A stretch of 50,205 nucleotides of DNA, counting the filler, from Dirinaria sp. TL-2023a (Eukaryota), in assembly GCA_051941275.1 (NCBI GenBank). It is 2 parts of 2 records of this genome, joined end to end, with 100 filler letters (N's around TTAATTAATTAA, not from the genome) between each part and the next. Parts side by side here need not be neighbours in the genome. Positions count along the whole stretch, not along the records: positions 1 to 25,063 come from JAVEBF010000177.1; positions 25,164 to 50,205 come from JAVEBF010000178.1. One strand, written 5' to 3'. The translations under genes and the position numbers were made by a program. The notes under the pieces were generated by a model. It was not told the DNA's origin, did no database searches, and saw nothing but the letters and a program-made list of their open reading frames with translations. This document shows positions 21,101 through 30,500 of this stretch, piece after piece (within the stretch, counting starts at the first letter, position 1; the number at the start of each line of letters is the position of its first letter).

Positions 21101-24100
21101 ATGCCGCCGTTCGTGGGGCGTAAACGCCTCAGATCGGCCTCACCACCAGAGACTACTAAAACACCTAGTCTCTTTGAGACTGCGGACAAGCCTACCGTCT
21201 CAACCTCAGTTCAAGACAACAAGGCGTTCTTGGACAGCTTGGAGGGCTCGGACTCCGACTCGTCTCTAAGCGATGTGAGCAGTTCAGAGTTTGAGGATGT
21301 CTCTCTGCAACCAGCTTCCAAAAAACCCAGAATTGAGATCGAGGACGACGAAGAGGTGGATTGGGAAGACGCGATACCGGAGAAAAGCTCGCATAGGCCT
21401 GAACCAGGTCCTCAGCGGCCACTGGGCGACCTTGAGCTTACACTAGACAAAGGCGCCCAGACCAGGTCTCTTACAGATCCACATCAGACAAAAAAAGGAC
21501 CTAGCAAGATCGAAAGGCAGATTCGCGTTACCACACATTGCATGCATGTGCAGTTCTTACTGTTCCACAATCTGGTACGTAATGGTTGGGCGTGCGACAA
21601 ACACGTGCACGCGGCGCTCGCTGGCCAACTGCCGCCGCAAGTACAGCGGGAGATTGACAAGTGGAAAGTTGCGTCCGGTATGGATACCAAGGTGCCAGAA
21701 GCAAAGAAGACGGCTTCGGGCGCTATGAGGAATCGCAAGAAAGGAAAGGCTACCGACGACCCTAGAAGCCAAAGAGAGTGGGGGAAGCCTGCTGCAAGGC
21801 AAGAGAAAGGCGCTCCGAACATGAGCAGTGGAGATCCAATTCTAAGGCTACTGCGGATACTTGCCGCCTACTGGAAGAAGAGATTCACCATCACCGCTCC
21901 GAATCTTCGAAAGGAAGGATACAAGACTTTGGCTCAGCTCGAAGAAGAAATTGCTTCTTTCCGAAATGATAAGCATAATCATGAAGTGCATGGGGAGCGA
22001 GTGAGGGGCGTTGAAGACTTTCGTAAAATGGCAAAGACGTGTGAGGGCAGTCGGGATGTTGGAGTGCAGCTGTTTACAGCATTGATAAGGAGCTTGGGCC
22101 TTGAAGCAAGACTGGTCGCAAGCTTACAGCCTGTTGGCTTCGGCTGGAGTAAGAATGAAGACGTATCCCCGAAGAAGAAGAGTAAAATTACAGTAGAAGC
22201 TGCAGAAAATGATCAAGTTCTAAGTTCGGACGACGGTATAATTGAGACGTCTAAGCCTAAGATCTCTGGTGGCAAAAGAGGGAACCGTCGTAAAGGAAAG
22301 CGTGAAGCACCGATAGATCTTTCAGAGGAAAACGCATCTGAGAATGACAACGACAACGACAGCGACGATGATGAATCTGTAATCGACATTACTCCATCTA
22401 TGCCTAAAAGGAAGCCTAATCAGAATTACGACCGCGATATGGCCTTTCCTACCTACTGGACCGAAGTTATTTCACCAATAACAAACGAAGTATATCCTGT
22501 CGACCCTTTTATTGTCAGTCCGCCTGTAGCCACCAAGCCTGAGCACTTGTCTTCTTTCGAGCCGAGAGGGGCAAAGGCCGATAAAGCTAAACTCGTTCTC
22601 GCCTACGTCGTCGCTTACTCAAGTGACGGCTCCGCAAAGGATGTGACAACCAGATATCTGAAACGCCACATGTGGCCTGGCCGCACCAAAGGCGTCAGGA
22701 TGCCTGTTGAGAAGATCCCTATCTACAACAAACATGGCAAGATCAAACATCGTGAAGACTATGATTGGTTCAAGACGGTCATGAGTGGATATCGACGTCC
22801 CGACCACCAACGCACTGCCGTAGATGATCTGGAAGGTGCAAAAGATCTAAAGCCGGCCAAACCGGAAAAGAAGGAATCTAAAGGCGAGGAATCCCTCCAA
22901 GGTTATAAATCTTCGGCGGATTTCGTCCTAGAGCGCCATCTCCGTCGTGAAGAAGCGCTCCGCCCAGGCTCGCAGCCTGTAAAACAATTTAGCAGCGGCA
23001 AAGGAGACAAAGCCAAGTCCGAGCCCGTCTTCCTTCGTAAAGACGTCCTGGTCTGTCGAACAGGCGAAAGCTGGCATAAGGAAGGCAGACAAGTCAAAGG
23101 CAGCGAGCACCCAATCAAGTTGGTTCCCGTGCGCGCCGTCACCTTAACGCGCAAACGCGAGGTTGAAGAGGCAGAGCGCGAAGGGGGAGAGAAGCTCAAA
23201 CAGGGGCTATATAGCTGGGATCAAACAGAGTGGATCATCCCACCGCCGATCCAGAATGGGATCATACCGAAAAACGCCTTTGGAAACATGGACGTCTATG
23301 TGCCATCCATGGTCCCTGAAGGTGCGGTGCATATTCCCCTGCGGTCTACCATGAAGATCTGCAAACGACTGGGTATCGACTACGCGGAAGCGGTCACAGG
23401 CTTTGAATTTGGGAACAAACGCGCCGTGCCAGTCATCACTGGCGTTGTGGTCGCGGCCGAGCATGAGGATCTCGTGATTGACGAGTGGGAGAAGGATGAG
23501 GAAGAGAGGAAGCGGAAGGAGGAGGGCAAGAGGGAGAAGCTTGCCCTGAATATGTGGAAGAAGTTTTTGACGGGGTTGAGAATCATGGAGAGGGTCAAAG
23601 ATGAGTATGGCGGGGACGCTGACGCGCATTTGAGGGAGGAGATGAATCCATTCACGAATCAGAATAAGGTGCGAAAAGGACGGAAGAAGGAGGATGCAAA
23701 TGGGCTTATGAATGGGGAACCTTCGAACAGTGTGGATGATAATTTAGGAGGTGGATTTATGCCTGACGATGGTGATGTTGCAGGAGGTGGTTTCCTGCAC
23801 GACGATCAAGAAGCGGTTGATGCTGGATCTACCACTCCTCACCCTTTGGACAAAGCTTTACAGGATCGAGCACTGTCTGCAGAAGTCAGCGCATCCCTCC
23901 CCACTCAATCCTCCGACCTCATTATCGAAGAGACCGCGTCTCGCAACCGCTTCATCAGTACCAATCTTCCCGAACAAAGCACAAAAACGTCATCTCCTGA
24001 AGCCAACGGGTATGCAGAACCCATGGATATTGATTCCAAGCCTATGGCTAAGAAGCGTGGCCGTCCTCCAACCCGGGCCAAAAAGCTAAAAACACCTCCC

Positions 24101-24442
24101 AATGATTCAGCTGAGGCTCATCGAAGCAGCGAAGGAGAAGAGTCGTCGACAGCAAAAAAGAAGCGTGGAAAGCGGAAAGCTGATTCTTCAGGTAAGAGAC
24201 GTACGCCAAAAGAGAAGCATATGTCGGATGGTGTCGATGAGAGAGCAGAGAATTCTTTACAATCGAAGGCTAAGCAGCCAACGCGGCGGGCCCCTACGCG
24301 TAGAGCTACGAGGAAAAGTGCTGCAGCGGTGAGGAGCCCTTATTTTGAAGGTGACGAGAGCGAGAACGTCGATGAGGGGAGGAGTGAGGAGGAAGAGGGG
24401 GAGAAAATTAAGAGCAGCAGGAGAACGAGGACGACGCGGTGA
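21101..24442 (+). CDS. RAD4: Rad4/XPC-family nucleotide excision repair damage sensor (Rad4/Rhp42-like), 1113 aa
   Basis: Transglutaminase-like domain (GSRDVGVQLFTALIRSLGLEARLVASLQP, YWTEV, AKDVTTRY) and beta-hairpin domains (FVLERHLRREE, IPKNAFGNMDVY, YAEAVTGFEF, PVITGVVV). Confidence 0.92.
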   Translation: MPPFVGRKRLRSASPPETTKTPSLFETADKPTVSTSVQDNKAFLDSLEGSDSDSSLSDVSSSEFEDVSLQPASKKPRIEIEDDEEVDWEDAIPEKSSHRPEPGPQRPLGDLELTLDKGAQTRSLTDPHQTKKGPSKIERQIRVTTHCMHVQFLLFHNLVRNGWACDKHVHAALAGQLPPQVQREIDKWKVASGMDTKVPEAKKTASGAMRNRKKGKATDDPRSQREWGKPAARQEKGAPNMSSGDPILRLLRILAAYWKKRFTITAPNLRKEGYKTLAQLEEEIASFRNDKHNHEVHGERVRGVEDFRKMAKTCEGSRDVGVQLFTALIRSLGLEARLVASLQPVGFGWSKNEDVSPKKKSKITVEAAENDQVLSSDDGIIETSKPKISGGKRGNRRKGKREAPIDLSEENASENDNDNDSDDDESVIDITPSMPKRKPNQNYDRDMAFPTYWTEVISPITNEVYPVDPFIVSPPVATKPEHLSSFEPRGAKADKAKLVLAYVVAYSSDGSAKDVTTRYLKRHMWPGRTKGVRMPVEKIPIYNKHGKIKHREDYDWFKTVMSGYRRPDHQRTAVDDLEGAKDLKPAKPEKKESKGEESLQGYKSSADFVLERHLRREEALRPGSQPVKQFSSGKGDKAKSEPVFLRKDVLVCRTGESWHKEGRQVKGSEHPIKLVPVRAVTLTRKREVEEAEREGGEKLKQGLYSWDQTEWIIPPPIQNGIIPKNAFGNMDVYVPSMVPEGAVHIPLRSTMKICKRLGIDYAEAVTGFEFGNKRAVPVITGVVVAAEHEDLVIDEWEKDEEERKRKEEGKREKLALNMWKKFLTGLRIMERVKDEYGGDADAHLREEMNPFTNQNKVRKGRKKEDANGLMNGEPSNSVDDNLGGGFMPDDGDVAGGGFLHDDQEAVDAGSTTPHPLDKALQDRALSAEVSASLPTQSSDLIIEETASRNRFISTNLPEQSTKTSSPEANGYAEPMDIDSKPMAKKRGRPPTRAKKLKTPPNDSAEAHRSSEGEESSTAKKKRGKRKADSSGKRRTPKEKHMSDGVDERAENSLQSKAKQPTRRAPTRRATRKSAAAVRSPYFEGDESENVDEGRSEEEEGEKIKSSRRTRTTR

Positions 24443-25063
24443 GCACTACCTCGACTGGCTCGATTTAGTAGATCCCACATCACACATTTCACATCACCTC
24501 ATACAAAACTCGATGCTCTGACTTCTTCATTCACTTGTTCATTCTCCTTTCGCATTCTTTTCTCTTCCTCCCCTTCTCCCCTCCCCGCTCACCTCACCTC
24601 CCCTTCGTCTTCCCATTCACGGAGCCACAGTCTGCCTCTCCTTTCGATTGCCCCTCTCTCCACTCGCTCTTTCCCATCCTTTGGTATGATCTAGAAGTGT
24701 GTTCGAGCTGCCACCCAACCCAACTACACTCGCTGCAGGACCGATGTTTGCAGTTCCGGCAGCAGGGGCCTCATTCTTCATCCCTCCAGGTTTGGCACTT
24801 GCAGCATTGCAGCGCGGACATGGCTTTTTATTGATGTATGCTTTGGGAGATTGAGAGGGGGGCTTCTTTTTTTTGTTGAGGATTTAGTTTGGATAGAGAT
24901 GCACAAGAGGGTAGAGAAAGAACGAGAAGAAGAGAAAAGATAAGAGATCCATGACGAACCGAAGAAATTGAGTCATTTCAAGGCATTCGAAGAAAAAACA
25001 AAGACATGCTACGTATGTATGACACTAAAAAAAGTCCCCACCACTTCCTTCACATCATGTCAT

Positions 25064-25163
25064 NNNNNNNNNNNNNNNNNNNNNNNNNNNNNNNNNNNNN
25101 NNNNNNNTTAATTAATTAANNNNNNNNNNNNNNNNNNNNNNNNNNNNNNNNNNNNNNNNNNNN
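25064..25163. other. Artificial contig-joining spacer / assembly gap
   Basis: 44 N + palindromic TTAATTAATTAA (25108-25119, stop codons in all six frames) + 44 N, exactly 100 nt. Confidence 0.95.
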
Positions 25164-25438
25164 CAGCGAGCAAATTTCAAAAGACGAAGGAATACACTCA
25201 AAATTCGGCATTGAAAAGAAAGAAGATTACTTTGGCTGCTGAGCTTGCTGAGCAGCGAAAACAAAACGATGCCGAGTAAGTCAAGTCGCATTGGCACCAA
25301 TCGAGGCTGAGAGAGATACGGCTGCTGATGTTTTGAACTAGGTTGGTAATGTGGACTTACTATGATTATCATTCGCAAGAGCGTCCCGTTGATCATTTTC
25401 AGCACGGGCGACGGAGATTGAGATTCATCCCAATGTAA
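25164..25438 (+). CDS. 3' end of an unidentified spliced gene truncated by the contig edge. Exons <25164-25275, 25342-25438
   Basis: Canonical intron 25276-25341 (GTAAGT..GCTGAT..TAG) joins ASKFQKTKEYTQNSALKRKKITLAAELAEQRKQNDA-E-LVMWTYYDYHSQERPVDHFQHGRRRLRFIPM*. Confidence 0.45.
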
Positions 25439-25586
25439 GGTAAGGGGGAAATCATGTAGGGTTTTTTATGGTTATGATTTAATTTAGTACTATATATCAG
25501 ATGCAAGTCTCGATGGCGTAGTGGTGGATATGCATCGTTCGATTCCGGAATAAGATCGCTAGTGACGTCTTTGGAACTGACTCCTG

Positions 25587-25609
25587 CGGACGGACGGACG
25601 GACGGACGG
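25587..25609 (+). repeat. (CGGA)5+ tetranucleotide microsatellite
   Basis: Read directly. Confidence 0.85.
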
Positions 25610-27596
25610 GGAGGGAGGTGGGATCTCGGTCGTCTTGTGAATTATTACGGCTCAAGATGCATGAAACCATCAGATTATATTGCAGGCAGGAGTGAATCCA
25701 TCTCGACTTAGTGAGGCAGGCAGGTTGTGTTGGACATTTGAAGTTATTTTGGATCGGTTGGTGGACCAAGTATATAGTTTGACCTAAAGGTCATCGGACA
25801 GAAAGCACGCGCTTGCACACAGGATTAAATATAGGGATGATGTTGCGGTACACACTGCCGTATCACGCGCTTCCTGGGCGCTTCCCACTCGCTGCGACAG
25901 ATAATCTGGTATGAACTATAAATCTACGGAAAACGGCGATGACTTCGAGAAATCTAGGGAACCTTCAGCACATTCATGCTACGAGTTACACAACAATAAG
26001 GGATTGCAGAATAAAGATAAACTCTGCCACAATCCTGCCAGAGACTCTTATTCTAAGCTCGTCCATTGAACAAATTCCATCAATTGTAATATTGGCCCCA
26101 ATTACCCATTGGACCGTTGCTCCATCCTTTAGTCACCGCATCGAAGTCGATGAGCTTCTCGACTTCACTCTTGATTTTTTTGAACTCTCGCTGGAGTCTC
26201 TCCGGGTCTGATTTCGTATCCCGGACTTGAGGATTCTGAAGGGGCCACGTAGTAGCTGGATTTCCGTGTTCTGGGTAGATGTCAGCTTTAGGACGTGGAG
26301 TATATTTAGGCCTTGGCTCACGTGGAGTGTGGACGGAAGCGTCTCTTGTCCTAGCGTTTGCTTAGAAGGACTATAGCGGCAGCGAGCGCACATGTCAAGT
26401 TGAAGTCGAGGAGCAAGCGAGCTGAATGTTCGAATAACAAGCAGCTGTTGTTCGAATGAGCCTCCGCCATATCTGGATGTTGCTTCGCAGACAGCCAGCA
26501 TTGCTCTTGCCAAATCAACCGCAAAATCAGAGTTCGCCGACGATTCGAAAGGCGGTAGAGCAAATCTTGGATCTACAACTAAATACTAAAGCATGCTGCA
26601 TATTGCGACATCTTGAGCATGCGCTCAGCTTAGTTCCCAAATAAACTCGTCACTTAAATATCTAGATACCGTCAAGCTCTTTGCAAGGATCTTAAAAAGG
26701 CTCTTTTTCCAGTGAAAGGAGAAGCGTGAGATATAGCGAGCGACGAGAACAAGTTGGGTACTGACTGTATGTTGAGGTTCAGAGGTCTTTCTTCAGATTC
26801 GACTCTTCTGGGATGACGATAATCATTGAGAATCTGAAGATTGTCGTCAGATTCCGATGATTGTCGTGCGCTAATACGCGCTGGATGAGAAGAGATATGT
26901 TATTTGTTGACCGTGCTTAGTATCTCTATGCTGATGAGATATTCCATGTATTTTAAAGATAGACAGAATATCTCAAAGTCAAAGTGAGGTTGTATATTGT
27001 TTACAATCAGTGGATCCTGATATTGAGAGACGAGAGTGGAGTAGTAGGTTGAGTTTCGGTATTGAAAAGGAGTGCTGAAGGACGTTAGTATAAAGATGTT
27101 TGGTAAGAAATTGGGTATAATCGATGCTGACTTAGGTGGAAGCCTTCGTCTTCTTCTAAATAGGTACGAGTACGAGTACGTATCCTTCGTTAAAATCTCA
27201 CTGCCAAAGAACTATGTACAGACCCCCGCATTAGTACCCAGAAAGCGAAATCTTACAATATATCCATTCCCTTTGAAACGCGCCCTGGTATATCTAGCGC
27301 GCTCTCATCTTCATCCTATTATTTCGGCCTCTATGCATATACATGGCATCGACCTTTTACGTAGCGAGGGATTCGTTGTAAAAATGTCTCCAACCTCGAT
27401 GTCTAGCAACCCAAAGTGACTTCGAATACGAATATAGACGCTTCTCAACTACGCCTGCCCGATCTGCGATCTATTAATTTCCCTGCATATACAAAAGTAT
27501 GCAAACCTTCCTCGTGTTCGAGTTGCCTGCTTTGACACCTCTTCTACGTCTGCCACGCTAGTATTCACCCTCTACTCTTTTTCTCGCTATACGAAA

Positions 27597-30500
27597 TCAG
27601 GGTTTCTGTAACTGTTCTTTGCGGAAAAACTTGAAGAAGCCTACACAGATCAACATCTGAAGCAGGAGCCCGACCCAAAATGACGCGTTCGTCAAGCCAT
27701 GCGCGCTCAGCACAAGGTTCGGGAAGACGGACCCTGGCCCATCCGCGTCAGGGGCAGTCGCTCTGGCGACGATGGTGGCGATACTGCCCAGCACCTGCGC
27801 ACTCACAAGGGTGAAGACGATGTGGAATCTTGTTAGGGTCTGCAGCAATATCATGCCGAATCCGACGCCCTGTATCGCGTCAAGTACCCCAAGCCAAAGC
27901 CATAGCGATCTGCCGACGAGGGCGCCTGCAACGGGAGAGCCGGCCCAAGGCACCCAGAGGCCCATGCCGGACGTTCCCCACAGCATTTGGCACCAACGCG
28001 GCGCACCGAGGCCGATGGCGAAGATGGGCAGGATCCAGGAGTGGCGGCGCGAGAGGACGGCGAAGCGCCAGAGAAAGATAGCCCAGATGCCGATAAAGAA
28101 GGCGGCAACCAGGAGCGCGACAGCCCACGAGGGCGCGTGCTGGCTGGACCAGAGGTACTTCCAGCTCCTGCCCAACGGCGCGGAGAGGAAATAGTTTTGG
28201 ATAATTACTGTTACGAAAAACCACTGGGGCGAGATTCAGTCGGTGGTAGGTGTTTGTTTTTTGGGAAGATTGACTTACGATTATAACTTTCCTGCGGATT
28301 ATCGAGCGGTAGAATGCTGGGACGCGACCCGGCGCTTGACGGTAATAATCCGGTAATCCAAGGAAGAGAATGATGCCAATGCTCCATAAGAAAAATGCTA
28401 TTGGCAAAGTGATTCCTGTCATTGCCGGGCCATAAGCGACCAGTGTGGCTGTCTGGACTCCGTCAAGCGTCAACTGATTCAAGCGTGAGCCCCAAAACCA
28501 CAACAATACCACGTATATCTGTTGTGTGCCTTGGATAGCGCACGCTCGGAAGCTCCAAGTTGCCACCGGCACACTACCTAACTGGGCATTAGTAGTTTTC
28601 AAGTCACATTGCTATTTCACATACCTTCGCTACCAAAGTTCAACGAGAAATAGAATGCACCGCTCGAAGACGCTGCTGCATACAAGCCGGTAGCCACATT
28701 TTGCAGCCAGCCTCTGCCAACATTTGTATGCGCATAGGGAGCTAGACCGAGAAATAGGAAGGCGAATCCGTAACATGCAAAAGGGGTTGCTAGCACCCAT
28801 CTCGATTGAAAATTACGAAATACGAACCACCAAAGGAGTGAAGTGACGAGGTATGTGGAGGCAATAACGTATAGCTTCTCTGCAGGCTGACCCACCGCAC
28901 CGGTTAGTAAGGTTATTTGGTAGGAGTTCGCTGCAATAATTTGGCCCTGATCAGGTCAGCATCAGACAGGAGCTACAGTATAGGCAGTCTTACGAAAGCT
29001 AATAGGAATGAATAAACTGGCCAGTCGCCGATCTTCCGCAGAAGTAATTTCTTTAATCCTGTCGGCGGTCGATAGTCCTCGTCCAGAAGGAATTGCTCGA
29101 CGCCCTCATTCAGCTCGCTCGAGGAGGCATGGCTTCCTCGCCTTTCGCTCGAGGACGGAGCAGGGCTGTTCTCCCTTGTTCGAAACATGGGCGAGGCTGG
29201 CAGAGATGTCCTTCCCATCTTTGCTCCGCGAAAACGATTGAACCAGTCTCGTTCGCTCTGGACCAGGAATTCTTCGACGCACAAAGGACCCTCTGAAGTC
29301 TTACCATCTAAATCGTCGAGCTTCTTTTCGAATGCAGAGTAGTAAAGGCCAGTTGGGTCATCAAAGAATGGCTCGACATTTTGGAGTTTGAAGTCTTTTT
29401 TACTTTGCACCACTGCACCTAGACTTAAACGTGCCACCGAAGAAGATATGAGGTTGCCTGTCATAGGCTCAATGCCACTGCGTGCTGATTCCGGCAACAC
29501 TGACTCCGTTCCTCTATTATCAGAGGAGCCGGGAGCGGCGGACAAGATGTCATGAGACATTGCGAGATCCTTGACAGGCACTGGATCAGTATGTATTTTC
29601 GAGCGAATAAAGATGCACACTGTTGAGAATAGGATAGCTCAGGAGTATCCCGTGGCATGACGTGGACAGGGTTAGGGGTGCCGTTTTATTTGGCTGCCCC
29701 TGAATCCTACACCACTCCAAGCCGTCGGATGGGATAGCTCGCAAGACATTTCATACTTTTGCTGCATTCAAAAACAGAAGGAAAACTTACTGGTGCGAAA
29801 GATGGCTGGTATACGTCCCGTCTTATTACCGCGGACGGCTCTGACATCGAGGCCAGCTGGCTGCGCTTCTTACTTGCTTCGGCTTGTTCCGGCGTCAAGA
29901 GGTACTCATCGAGCACGGCTTCAGTAATGTCGTCTTCCCCTACTTCGCCGATTCTCGATACTCGATTGTTCCCCGCCGTAGGAGCGGTGGAATTGTCTAT
30001 TTCGAGCGGACTGCTAACTGCGACACCAATCTCAGAAGTTATCATACCCATTTCAGAGCTTGTCGTGGCATTTGCGTGCGGATTAGGTTTGCTCAACCGC
30101 TTCCGAGGTCGACCCCTGACAGATGGCTCTTGTGTATGACCCGGTCCAAGTCTTTTGCCAAGTGTTGGCTGGCCACCCTCTGTTGTTCTTGAAGGACTTG
30201 GTGCTCTGGAGGCTGATCTGCTCTGTTGCCGGCTATGGACGGCTGTAGACACCCCGCTAGAGAGACCACTTGACCTCCTGTACCAGAAGCGTAAAGGTGT
30301 TGCTGTGCCAGCAGGAAGAGTATTACCATCATCCAAGCCACTGGAAGTGCGAGGGGTCCTCAGACCTTGCTTCGCGGCCTGGCGCTGATGCAACTCAATG
30401 GCATTGTCCTGTAGGATACCAAGGGTTTCTTTCCACTGTGCAACAGGGTATCGCTGCATAGCAGATCGGGCTCTCATCGTCCTCCGTGTGTCGAGTTTGG

